A DNA stretch of 64,000 bases from Octopus bimaculoides (Eukaryota). The DNA lies in assembly GCF_001194135.2 (NCBI RefSeq), contig NC_068986.1:91575360-91639359 (forward strand), in the 5' to 3' direction. Position numbers and translations under genes: made by a program. Below are positions 1-14,000 of this stretch, in pieces (position 1 is the first letter of the stretch; the number at the start of each line of letters is the position of its first letter). The notes below the pieces were generated by a model. The model was not told the origin of the DNA and did not search any database. It saw only the letters and a list, made by a program, of their open reading frames with translations.

Positions 1-579
1 GGATTTTGAAAATTTTGACAGTAACCCATTAAAGAGAAAAGTGAAATAGGAGACAGGCTTGATGTCAGTACAGTAGACTTAATTAAACAGAAAAGTGTCA
101 CAAAATGGATAAGGTGTTGAATTGGCAGTCATAAGAGGTCAACTTTGCCGTTCATCTTTTTAAGGTCGATAAAAATGTACAAGTCCAAGGAGGTGTATTG
201 ATAGAACTGTAAGAATATCAAATCAGATGCCTTGTGGTATTTGTTTTAGCTGTCTACATTCCAAGTTGAAATCCTGCCATGGCCTACTTGGGTAGCAGAC
301 TTAACCTGTCACAAGTGGTTGGCATTTGGAAGTGCATCATGCTGTAGAAATGATGCCAAAGAAAACACTGGAGCCAGACGCAGTTCTCAGACCCATCAAA
401 TTTTGTCTAACCATCCAACCTATGCCAGAGTAGAACATTAAAAGACAATGACAATTGTACTTTTCTAGTGAGTAACTTGATTTGAAAGCAGTGGAATTGC
501 AAGGATATAATGGATTTCCAAAAACTATGGATCGATAATAAAGATCAGAGGGAAAAAAGCATAAAGTCATATTACTAAC

Positions 580-793
580 CACCATCACCATCATCAGTAA
601 CTCCAAGAACAAGACGTAGCAGACATTGAGCTTTCTTCCTTTCTTGGAGCAGAACATCGGCATAACCGGGTAGTCGTAAAAACAAACCAAATGCAATTAG
701 AGAATGAGGTGGAATTGTTGAAAGTCCTGAGTGTGCAGTGCCGCCAGATTGTGATGTCAATGGAGGAGCAGCAGGAACTGGTTCATAAAACGT
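580..793 (-). CDS. BIRC6: exon w47 (...IPPHSLIAFGLFLRLPGYADVLL...LVLGVTDDGDG)
   Basis: caccag / gttagt, 214 nt. Confidence 0.96.
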
Positions 794-3700
794 CTGGTGA
801 ATAAAAAAAAAAAAGAAAAAAAAAATTTTTAATCAAATTTGTAATGACAAATAGTTGCTATTGTAATTAAGCATTTTAGAAAGAAATTAAATATGACAGT
901 TTTATCCTATGTACATAAACATCAGAGACAAAGGGTGAAGAAATTTGGTCAACAAGTCAGAACAAAATCCATGTGACACTAACAGAACAGCATGTGACAC
1001 TAACCTCATTTAAATCAGAGGAATCAACAGACACCCATTGGTCTTGAGATACATCAGAAACAGCAGTACTTTCCATTGTATCTGGTAGAACTGGTTGGCG
1101 AGACACTTCGGAATATAACACAGGAAGATGTTCAGCTAACAGTGCCAACCCACCGACACTAGCAAACACCTGAAGGGCTGAAGGAAAGCTGTCGGCTTTA
1201 AGTAATAAATCATCAGGGTTGTTAGCCTCTGGCCAGTCTGTAAGTAGAAATATGAATGGCAAGTGGAGTTTATTATTCAAGGATATACATGTTAAACTTA
1301 AAAGATGAACTTACTGAAATAGCTACTACAGTAACTTTAATCCTTCAGCATCCAAATGTAATGCTTATTTATTCAGAATGTTTTGGATTAATTATACATT
1401 ATGTTGTAACTTCAAGATTCCAATGATATAATTGTTTATTTTGAGAATGTGAGGGGCCAGATTTGGCCAGTCTCAACATAAAAAAGGGAGAATATTTAGG
1501 TCTAATATGACCAGTTAAAATTTCTTAGCATTGTCATGTCACTTTTACCTTTAGATTCACTTGTACCACATTCCTAGTAAATAAAATAGTTAGGGTCTTG
1601 TAAGGTAAACAATATTTTTTTCTCCATAAATGGCAGAGTATGAAGACATTACAAGGAAGCTCAGTACTTTCAAAGAATTATATAATCAGGGAGGAATAAA
1701 GACATAAATATATACATACCAGGATCCCTGTAGGCCTTTTTGTCACCAGGCTTTGAATGGAATCGAAGCAGGAATTCCAAGACCGCTTGTCCTTGAGGAT
1801 ATCCCTTCTCTTGTAAAATTACAAGCAGTTGGCTAAGAGTGAGTTCTGCAGGTAATGGTTGACCTATAAAAGATTTTTAAAAAAATAAAGCTAAGAAGTT
1901 CATGAAGCTGGGTAAAGTGGGGGAAATAATGACAAATCAATGAAACTCAATTGAAACCAATCATAACATTCTGGTTGAAAGCCTTCGTTGATAAATTATT
2001 CTGGAATCAAAGAAAACTTGACCGATCGATACCAGGCAGCTGTGCTGGTGGCACGTAAAATGAGCCACACGGAGGCAGTGACAAGTGACCAAGACCTTTG
2101 GCAATATACTGTGCTTGAGAAAACCTGTCAAGCCAAGTGAGATTGTAGTTGTGGCTGATGCCAGCGTTTCGTAACTGGCACCCATGCCGGTGGCACATAC
2201 AAAGCACCCATTACACTCTTGGAGTGGTTGATGTTAGGAAGGGCATCCAGCTGTAATCAGATGGAACCTGGTGCAGCTCCTCAACTTACCAGTTTTCAGT
2301 CAAACCGTCCAACCCATTCCAGCATGGAAAACGGATGTTAAATGACAATGATGAAGAGCTTGAATGGCTACAACCATGCCACAGAGGTTTGCACACACAA
2401 GGTTGATGAGGTAATTGGTTTCAGTGGCACCACTCTCACCAACATCATCAGCCAATGAGGAAGCTTCTATGTTATTCAACAGACTGGAGATAGTAGTCAA
2501 ATCTCTATCTTAAGAAATGATACAATGGATAATATAGTCCTAGATACACTAGGTCTGAAAAACTGGAACAGCTGCTCAATCAGGGTTGACCTGTGGCTAA
2601 TAACAAAATGACCACAACCAGAATCATTACAATCAATAACAAAGTGTAATTTACCAGGCAGAAGATTGTGATAAAGTGATAACACTGGGAACTGTAAGTT
2701 GACAGCGACCATGTCTGTATTCTGATTGCCTCGAGCACGAGGGGGCAAGCGAGGTGGACCTCCTGTTTTATTATGGTTGGAATTCTTCTCTCTACGTTCT
2801 TTTGCTAATAATCCTAGAAAGATGAAAACAAGTACAATATTAATAGAGCTGCTGATGGTGCATTACATTTATCCTGAATTATTTCACAACATTTAACATC
2901 ATGACGTATGGTTAAGACACGAATATATTGTATTATTAATCAAAAAGTCAATGGGTGGAATCAGGTCACTGGCAATAAATTTATGTACACAGCCAAAACT
3001 TAACTCTTTCTAGCTCAGTTTATTTGGCTAGAAATCAGTACAGATTATGATTGTAATTAAAGAGAGGCCTATATATCATTGATAACGCGAGCTGTTTCAG
3101 CCTAGTTTGAACTGGAATAAGAAAATTATGTGAATTTGCTTTTTGTCCATGTTGTATTCAACATTCCAGAAAAAAATGGCCTAATTATTCAAAAAGAAAA
3201 CGAGTAACACAATTTGATAGAGCGAAAAAACTGGCTTTAAAATGATATATAAAGTCAAAGTAATTTAATGAAAATTAATTTGAAAATACATCATTTAAAA
3301 CCAAAATTTAAAATTCCGCGAGAACGTTCTTGACAACCTAATATTAATTAGATGGGAATGAATTGCCACCACCACCACCACCACTTCTATATCATATTGA
3401 TTACAGAAAGATCATAAAATAATTGTGGGTGGGGCTGTCTCAAAACTCTCTCAGCAACATTGCTTTGGCAGTCCAAATGGAACTGTATCAATTATGTTCA
3501 GGAAAGGGCATTAACATCACATTCTCCTACATACCAACGGAAGATATTAGCAAACAAGAGTAAATAGTCAGAGCACACAGAACCCGGATTAGATCAAATC
3601 TAGGAGTTCAATACTGAGGATAAATTGATCAACAGAGAGAGTACACAAACCTGATCTATGAAATAAGGGTGAGCTAACTTATATATGTTAGAGTAACTAT

Positions 3701-6700
3701 TAGATTCTCTTCCTACCACTAATCTCAGCCATGAGATAAGGAGATGAAGCACATTGGAGCTAGTAAGAGATATAGTTATGTACCCTATTCATGGGTGCAA
3801 TAATGGTTAAAGTAAAATTTGAACTTATGTCTACATGGTCAATAGCCCTGCACCAAAACCTTGTACCCCTGTGCCTTTTTGGCTATTATGCTATTTAGTT
3901 TCATCATACATGATTATAGATAAACCACAACAATAAAAGCACTTGCCTGCAGCATTTGATAGGAAGTCCACAACTTCAATACCAAGTTCAGTCATATCCT
4001 TCTTATTGTCATCAATGTTCTTTTTCTCAACAGTGCCATCCCAGAATTGAGCCATGTGTCCAGTATGGTCTGTGGAATTGAAAATATAAATGGATTAGTA
4101 AATTCAAAGGATAATTTTTAATTTTACACTGCACTATCCTGAGGAAGTGGAGAGAGAGTTATAGTTATTTTAAATTTTATTCCATTTTTTCAAAGCACCA
4201 AGAATTGGACAGATTCAAAATAAGTCATCCTTGTACACATTTCAATCCTGCATGTTACATTTCATTTGACAGCAGTTTCTTTTTAGAGACTCCATCTTCT
4301 ACCTACTTGGTAGTGTAAGCTAGATGCTACAGTGACATCTGTCTCTCAAAACTATCTTCACTGATTTCAGCTTTTCTCCCCTTCTACACACTGGTTTGAA
4401 ACACAGAGCAGAGATGAGTTCAAGAACTCTTAAAGTTCCAAAGATATTGGTAATTCAGAAACGAAGAGTGAAAGCCACTGTATATATATTTTCAGTGCCA
4501 TCTACTCAATAAATTTTTGGTTAGTTTTTAATATTACAACAACAGAAAACTATAATATGAAGCCATTTCTTCTCTTCTATTCTGACATTCTGCACTTATT
4601 TTCCACTACTTTCCCTCTGAAACCAGTACCTAATGGAAATGCAATCTGAGCACATTTTACCAACTAAAATACTTTGTGAATACAAGTATATTTTTGCAAG
4701 CTGCTGTTAATACATTGCCATTTGTGAACATTATTATTACTAGTTAAAAGTTCCTGACATTTCTAATGGTGAGAATTACATGATGGTGTTATTGTCTATT
4801 TGATTTTTCACTGAGGTTTATACCTTTTGTAAAAAGAGTCTCCACAGTTTCTACTTTACTATCATTCACAGAGTATAGGTCAGTTTAAGGCCACTTGCCC
4901 AAGATGCAATCTAGACAACCACATAGTTAAGATGTCAACAAGGTAGTCTCTAGATGGTTACTCAACCTGCTAGATGTAGAAGTCAAATCACCACCCACCC
5001 ACTCTTTGCCATTTTAATAAAAAATGAAGACACATTGGATAATGTAGTTCCTGATAAATAAAAGTCAAACTAGAATACCTTTGACAATATAACGCCTTTG
5101 ATCAAGGCTGACTTATAGCTAAACAAGTACAAACACTTAACTCAGACACTGAGTGTAGCTAATAAGTTCTTGAATAACAGTTTTATATTTATGCATTTGA
5201 TTACGATATAAATTTGAATGTTTTGTGATCTCTTATTTTCTACTTTTGTTTTTTCAAACATTAAAAGTAAAATTTTCAATACCAGGCTTTATATTCCCAA
5301 GGACAAAATGTAAACAACAGTAAATTACAAATTTTATTAATTTTCTGAACTAAATCTTTGCATGGCTAAGCACAGATACTGTAAGTTAAATACTCTCAGT
5401 CATTACTCCATCTACTTATATTTCACTCACTATGTTGTATACAGCAATCATAGTCAATCTGCAGCTTCACATCTTCCTTTAGAACCCTTCACAGTTCAAA
5501 TATTTATCTTCCCTAAAGTCTTTATTCTATCAAGTGTCCCCAAAAGACAAATACAAACAATGAATCCTCATAATTCTACCACAATCTGAATGAAACAATT
5601 ATATACCTGATATCTTGTTAATAAGCTCTTCACAGTTGGTTTGCAATCCCACGGTGACTGTGTGGAAATGGCGTCCAGCACCAAAACAGGGATGCTGCAA
5701 TTGGCTGAAACATCCTTGCACTTGCAGACGACTGTTATGAGGAGAAGATTTGAAGGATACCAAAATCTTTGGCTCTTCCAATAGAACTTGCAGAAACATG
5801 CGTCTTGTGAACCCAGACAGAAGAGGTCCAGATGAAATAGGTCCTATTAGGTTAAGAAAAGATAAAATATATAAAAACAAAGATCCTGTTTTTAAAATCA
5901 GAAGGTAAATTACTGAAATATAATGAAACAAAATAGTTTACAAAACTTTCCAGTTCTGCAAAGTTTGAGAACATGGTGGAAAGTGTTTGTTGGATTTTAA
6001 TGGAGTCATCATCGTCTGTTTTATGTTTTTCCAAACTTGCTATGCATTAGATGTCCCTCTCCAGTACAGCGTTTCACCTACATGTAACATTCTTTTGTCA
6101 TCTTTGTCAGGTTGACTACTTGAGACCAATATTAACCACCTCTAAAGTTTTCCTCTTCTGCAGGTTTTCTCCACACAGATCACTTTACACTTCTTTACTC
6201 CATATATGTGACATGTCTGTTCTAATGTAGTTTCTACTCATGCACACATCTGATTATTCTTATGCCCAGCTTTTCTCTCAGCTCATTTGTGCTCCATCAT
6301 TCATTCACACTAACATTATATATCCAGAGGATTTCTTTCCAGACTTCATACAATTTCTACATTCAATGCTCATCTTTTGCTATGGTGCAACAGTACATTT
6401 CAGATACAAGCATCATACGATTTACTCTTCAAAGAACTCTTGGGCAACAACAAAAAAGATTGTTTCTCTAAGAGAACTTCTTCTCCTGTTATCCACTCAG
6501 GGTTGACTTAGAGTTAAACAACAATACACTTTACATAGACAAGCCCTTAAGAGGAAAAAAGACATCTTGATAGTTAGAGATCTTGCCTATTGCTATGGTA
6601 TGTTCAGGAACACAAGATCAACAAACCTCAGTTCTTTAACTGGTCTTACATAACAAAGGAGATGAACTCAATCTAGCAAGATAATAAGTCACTGGTCAAT

Positions 6701-9700
6701 CTGTTTTTAGTTATAGGGCTGCAAACAAAGCAAATAGTTAATTAGGAAACAAATTGAGACATTTAAGAAGACCATACCAGATCCTTGCTCCTTGATGACT
6801 TCACAGAGTACACGGGCAAATAGATGTTGGTTCTGAGAATGGCAAGAAATCACTTGGTTGAAGAATGTAATTACTACTGTTTCAATGGCAGCACGTTCTT
6901 CAGCAGTCATCATCTGAAAATACAATAAACAATTACCATTTGCTTATCATCATCATCATCATCATTTAACATCCACTTTCCATGCTAGCATGGGTTTGAC
7001 GATTTGACTGAGGACTGGTGCACCAGATGGCTACACCAGGCTCCAATCTGATTTGGCAGAGTTTCTACAGCTGAATGCCCTTCCTAACGCCAACCACTCC
7101 GAGAGTGTAGTGGGTGCTTTTACGTGCCACCGGCACGAAGGCCAGTCAGGCGGTACTGGCAACAGCCACGCTCAAAATGGTGTATTTTAGTTAGGCGGTA
7201 CTGGCAACGGCCAACATCACATAATCATCTCCCATGCTGGCATAGGTTGTACAAGTAGGAGGACTGCATTATGCTCCAATGTCTGCTTTGGCATGGTTTC
7301 TACAGCTTGATGCACTTCTTAACACCAATCGCTTTACAGTATACTATGTTTTTTGCTTTACATGGCACTAGCACTAGTGAGGTTGCCACGTAACCAGTTA
7401 GGTTAAAGCCTCCTTTCAACTGAGGAGGAGTTTAGAAGAGAGGAAAATGATTTTATGCTACAAAACATGGGGCTATCAAAACCTAAGGTAAATCATTATG
7501 GTATTAAGTTTATGTTAATCAGTTAACCTGACACAGGTTACCAAAAACCACTAAACATCATAAATTTAATAGAAATTTAACAAAAATTCAAAAATTCTTT
7601 TATCTACCACTCATATTCCCCTTGTATAAATATTCATCTTAAGTAATGATATCATGCACAACTCAGTCATCAAGCTTATGTGCGGAATTCTACTGGGCCC
7701 CAAAAGCAACATTATGTGAATTATGCCAATCAAGAGATAAAGTGGATTAGGAATTTTAAAAGTTCTGTGGTACTATACAAAAAGAGAATCAACATGAATC
7801 CCACCATAATATTCCATTGTGCCCCAAGTTATATCGTTCATCCTAGTGTAAAGCAGAAGATATAAACAGCAAACTAACAAGTTTTATAATAACTCTCTCA
7901 TGTGTTAAATATTACAAGAAAGTCAGTCTTGAACAAGCAATGATATAAACATATGAATGGATGAAACAACTTACCTTATGCTTATAGTTTACGGATGAGG
8001 TTTGTGAAGTAGCAGTGGTACGAGGGGCCTGTACTGGAATAGTGCAGAGTAATGTCAAGAGGACAGGCCAAAATATACTGCCTTCAGCACTTCCCATCCA
8101 ATCTTTAATCATTGGTTCACGAGTTATCTCAGCAAAGAACCCAAGTATTGCTGCTACAAGGTCAGCAGTTACAGTCAAACCATTAGCTGTTAAAGTGGAA
8201 AAGATTTCAGCATCAATTTAGTAATTGGCATTCACACAGGATTTCTTTCACACACTTATATACAGTTGACTATTTATATAAAAGACTAGAATATAATTGA
8301 TTTGATTTCATTTCCAGTACATTACTAGGACTCATTGGAAACTAATGACCGGTGACTGAAAGGAAAAAGAAATCCCAAGCCAGTAGAATTTCTTCACAAT
8401 GGTAAGTCAGCAAAGTATCAAAAATCTGTTAGTGCTTCTCAAAATATGGTAAAAATCTGCAAATAATTGAAGACGTCACTGATTTCTTAAATTCAATCAG
8501 CTCTGCTTACAAGTTTCTTTCTCTCTGAACAAAGGCAAAATATATATGAACTAAGAAGTGACATTGTAAGATTGTGGAACACTGGCAGTGAATACTATAT
8601 ATCTTCATTTACCACTGATTCATTCATCACTGATCCCGGATAACGATATGCTAAATGTGAACGTGCTATGCTTATGAAGTGATTTGTGATAACACAGATT
8701 GGCAACCAGTCAAATTTTGGGCTTAGACTGCAGAAGCACATCTCAGCAACTATCCACAATGCTCAGAACAACTCAGGGTCTTAAGATGAAATCCATTTTA
8801 CACCAAATTATTGATAACAGGAAAGTTGCTCTAAAAGAAGCACCAGTTATTATGAGTTAATTATTCTATGATACCTCTTAGCCACTCCATAAAAAAAATG
8901 TAGGTGTATATTGTTTTGACATTTTCAATAAAAATACTCAAAGTACACACACACACACACTCCCTCTTTCTGGATTGGTCAGAACTATTACTATCCCTTG
9001 TAGTATTTGTTCCAGTTATCTGTGTTCTGAGCTCAAATCTCTCAGGAGAAGGGAGACTTGCATGCATAGGTAAGTGTTGATGTAAAAAAAATATCCTTGT
9101 CGAGGAGCAAATCTTAGAGAGAAACTTTGCAGATGAAGATACATGGACCACAGAATACATACAGCTGCTGCACAGGAATTGTTTAACCCCCCCACCCCCA
9201 AAGAAAAAACTGTAAATAACTGAACAACTTACTTGAATTATCACAGGTGTGAGGATAGCTTTGTTCACCAACAGGACCATTTTCTCCAATCATAGATTTA
9301 CTAGCATCAGTTAGAGATTCTGGATTGGTTAAACTTTCAGCAAAGCATGCAATCTCATGGTTGCAGAATTCAAACAGCCCCTGAGCAAGAATTGCTGGGA
9401 ATTTACTAGCAAGTAGTTGTTGCACTGCACCAGGAGATTGGCATGTAATGGCTAAGGTTGACAGATGTGAACGGTCAAGCATCATATTACTGAAATCATG
9501 CAATGTGATCAAATTGTTGCCAATGTCTCGGTCAGCTGCCATAGCAGACTGTTGGTTGGTTTGGGCTTCCTTTGAGTCATCCGTCATCGAGATGTGCTGC
9601 TGTTGCTGTGAGCTATCTTTGCAGTCATCACTGATAGAGGCTGTCATGCTGTTACTGGGGTTCAACAGGATTCCCATCCACTCAAGGATGAGAGTGAAGA

Positions 9701-11058
9701 AACTTGGATAGATATAGCAGACAGAGCAAAGAACATTATCAACAGCTCGTTTCAGAGACGAGTCAAAGGACAGAACAGTACTCCATTCATAGACAGATCT
9801 GGAATTAGAAATTATTGTTAAGTAAGTTATTGGAAAAACAAACAAGTGCAGATTTACTGATTAATTGATGGCAAAAGTTTCTTTAGATCAAGTATACTCC
9901 AAATGAAAATACTTAGAAGTTATAGTACAGATTATGTATTATCTGTGTGGAGTAATGTAGTGTTGTATGTTGCGAGTGTGTATGAGAGGAAGACTATAGT
10001 GTGAGCATGCATACACACATATGGAGAGTTATGGGATGTGCAGAGGAGTACGGTGTATGTGGTATGCGTAAAGGGAGTGCAGTGTGTATAAGGGAAATAT
10101 GACGTGTGGAGGAATACAGTGAGTGCAGAGAGATATGTGGTGAGGTGTAAAACAGGAATCATTGCTGACCAGCTACTGAAAGAAATGCTAGTTTTAAGGC
10201 GGTGAGCTGGTAGAAACATTAGCATGCCGGGCGAAATGCTTAGCGGTATTTCATCTGCTGATACGTTCTAAGTTCAAATCCTGCCAAGGTCGACTTTGCT
10301 TTTCATCCTTTCGGGGTCGATAAATTAAGTACCAGTTGCGCACTGGGGTCGATGTAATCGACTTAATCTCTTTGTCTGTCCTTGTTTGTCTCCTCTATGT
10401 TTAGCCCTTTGTGGGCAATAAAGAAATAAGAAATGCTAGTTAATATTGTATCATAAGTGTTGTTACTGCATCATTTCTTCTCATTGGTTCAGTTTACCTA
10501 ATTGTAGATGTATACCACTGTGATTAACAAATGTCTTTTTAACTCTCACTGCTAAATAATTATTCCATGGATATGGAGAAGGAAACCTTTTCCCCAAAGA
10601 GTCTTTAGAGATGCCAACATCAGCTGATACAACTATACTATTAAAGTAGCAGAAGCAGCAGGCAAATAAAAACAGTACTACTACAAGACATGTTGTCATC
10701 CAATTGCTATGCCTTACAAGAAATTAGGTCACTGGAAAGGTTTGCTTATAATACAGTTTCATTTCCCAGATGAGCTATTTCATTAAACTTACTTGTAACT
10801 GGTGTAATACCTCTGAATCACAATCTTCTCCATTTGGATTGTGGCATAAATGAAATCAAAAACCCAGTTCTCAACAAGACAACAGTGTATCAATTTGTTT
10901 TTTGTTTTTTTTTTAATACAGATAGCATTTGTTTGATGTTGCCTTAATTCAAGAGAATTGACAAATAATTGGGTGTTTTCTTTTTCTTTTCTTACTGAAG
11001 TAACAGCAAATAAGTGTGATAAGAACAATGAAAGAGAGAGAAAGTAGAAGAGAAAGGA

Positions 11059-11091
<33 letters not shown>

Positions 11092-14000
11092 AAGAAAGAG
11101 AGAGAGAGCAAGATAAAGCAGAAGAGACAGAGAGGGATAGAGAGAGTAAACAAGAAGAGGAACGAGAAAAAAAAGATACCTGAAGAGTTGTGGTGTAATG
11201 ATGGTTCGCAGTTCATTGCGCACAGGAAGGCTGTGGCTGTACCAGAGTATAGCTGCAATGCAGTGAACATGGGGAGCTGCTGGATGAGGTAGCGTGAAAT
11301 AAGGGGCTTCATGAGGAGCTGGACCATATCCATTGTTGAGGGACAGCATTTCTGACTTCTGCAGAGCTACTTCAGCACTGTCACCCAGCCATACTATTAG
11401 GGCCTTTAATCTATAAAAAGAAAGTATTAACAGAGTTTATACTAAAAGCATCAGATTGAAATTTTGGAGGAGGAAAAAAAAAAACATTCAATGAAATCTA
11501 AAGTATTTGTTTTATAAAAATTTTCATTAAATCACAGTCAGAAGAAGAGATGGATAATGCCTTTGGTGTTTATTGATCCATCCACATTGATGAGGAGAAA
11601 ATAGTCTAGAAGTTGAAAGAGAATATGGATAGAAAGTATTTTAAAAATCTGTAAGCAGAATTGTACTTTGTTCAGAGGAAAAACAATAATTACTACAGTA
11701 GTAAGGTTTGTGATTGATGAACAAATGGTCAGACGTCCAAAATGTTAACCTCACAACTGTTGGACCACATTAGAGTATCCTTTTAATGATGTACAAGTGT
11801 ATTTACAGCATTTCTATTACTTCTAACCTTATTTAAGGACTGCTTAAACTTACACTGGATGCAACACTAGTTATAGAAGGATAAATTTAATCAGACAGCT
11901 TTCTATTTCTGTACCCCAAGACATTGGAGTAGATATCTTTTTGATTTCTGGTTTTGTACTTCAACTAATGCCATAACGTGTTACATGATCACAATGTTGT
12001 AGAAGACCAAGGAAAATAGAATATCTTTGGTGGATCTACTCACCTAGCAGGGGTACCACTATCCTGTAGAGTTCCTAGCTGATACAGGATCTCAATTGTG
12101 GAATCATTTGCAACACCACTCACTTTCCCCATGAAAGAGACAGAATCATCTACAAGAAATAAAAAAAAATATTCACAATTTCAAAATTACTTAAAACAAA
12201 TGGAACTGACATGGTGTAGAAGACTCTTTGAAAAATATGTCAAACAGTTTAGTAAAAACATAGAAACAACAAGAAATTCAGCTGCAAACAAACCTGACAA
12301 TAAGTAAGGAGAGAATATAATTGTTATAAAAAGGCTCTGATCAACTCTGATCGAGCAGTTCTGAGATAGATACTAAACCATATCTTGCTGAGCTGTGCTA
12401 AGTATTTGTTTCTATATATTACTAGAACTTACTTTGTTGGAAAGTTTACTGATACTACAGATTAAAGAACTGTTGTATTCCCAGCAAACCAAATATTTGA
12501 TCCAGTTTCAACTTCTAGTTTTAACTACTTATAATATCGCTATATTTTCTGAAGAATATATCAGCCTCACAACTCATATTTTTCCTTATCCCAAGAAATC
12601 TCAAGTTTCATGCATAACAGATATAACTTGATGTAATAATTTTTTAGTGGCTCTTAGGATACTAAAAAGAGATTAGAACTTCAAGTGGTTAAGAAACTCT
12701 CAAGACAGTTCAAACACAAAGAATGAATTGATTATTTCAATAACCCCAGAGTTCTATAAAACTAGTGCTTTAACTCTGCTCCTTTTAGTGTGAAATAAAA
12801 GTGAAACCAATCACCAACTCTCTGGAGAAGATATCACTTTATCACAGCTGAACAAGTGTTGTGGTGATTATTTCGTGCTGACAATTAGATGGGAAAGACA
12901 CATGCAGAATAAAATATCTAGTAAAATAAGACAAAATTAATTGACTATGATGAGTTTGAATATGTGAACCTATCATTTAAACATCCACTTTCCCATGCTT
13001 CCACAGGTCAGATGGAATTTGTTGAGGCAGATTTTCTAGTCAGAAGCCTTTCCTGTTGCCAACCCTCACCTGTTTCCAAGTGAGTTAATATTTCCCCTAT
13101 GGAAGACTGGAAATGAACAATATCACCTGTACACACAGATAGAGTTACAAACAGTAAATTGTAAGAGAAAAGTTTTAACAACTAACCAGGCTGTCCAAGG
13201 AAAGATGGCTTCCTTAATAAACTGTAGATGAGGGTAAGACCCATATCTGTAGAATGTAGTCCAAGTTTAAGGAGCACTGTTTCAAGATGATGCGAATGAG
13301 TGCTGGCTTGAGGGGACACCAACAGGGCAGTGCATGTGGTCAGTAAATGTGGAATGGCTGCTGCTGCAGACGCAATACTTTCTTCGACGGTCAAACAATG
13401 CTGCAACAGTTGGACCCAGCCAAGGCTGTCAAGTGAAAATAGTTTAAAAGTTCAGATTATTGTAAACTTTTGGTAGCATCATAACATTGATGTCTTATTA
13501 CATCACATAATCGAGAGCAAAATGTCTGAAGAAGGCAGCCAGAAAGAATGAAGGAATAAAATTAGCAAGAGTATAAAGTAGAAATTGAACTTAGATCTTG
13601 TTAAAATCAAATTTCTGTTCCCTCGTGAATGCTTATCTAGGTTTTTTTTTTCTTACATTCATACTTATTTTGATAGTGAATGCATATATGCACAAAATCT
13701 CTCACTTGGATATAAACACACACACACACACACACACAAACAGACACACAGTACTTATTAACATATATTTATATGATGAATTTTAATAAATTCTAAAAAT
13801 TTTCATAATAAACTATAACAATAATAATAATTTCAAATTTTGCTACAAGGGCAGCAAGTTCAGGGGAGTGGTAAGTTGATTGCAGTGACCCCAGCATTCA
13901 ACTGGTACATATTTTATCAACCCCAGAAGGATGAAAGGCAAAGTTGACCTTGGCGGAAATTGAACTCAGAATGCATAGATGATGAAATGCCGCTAAGCAT

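Noticed and set aside
5852-6034. Protein-like minus-strand ORF MEKHKTDDDDSIKIQQ... between w41 and w42
   Set aside because: Weak acceptor, would leave an intron of only about 63 nt, and no gap in the homology needs filling
8490-8635. Minus-strand GTGATGA...CTGA, a possible C/D snoRNA
   Set aside because: Box spacing is long, with no terminal stem or evident rRNA guide; such motifs are expected by chance in AT-rich DNA
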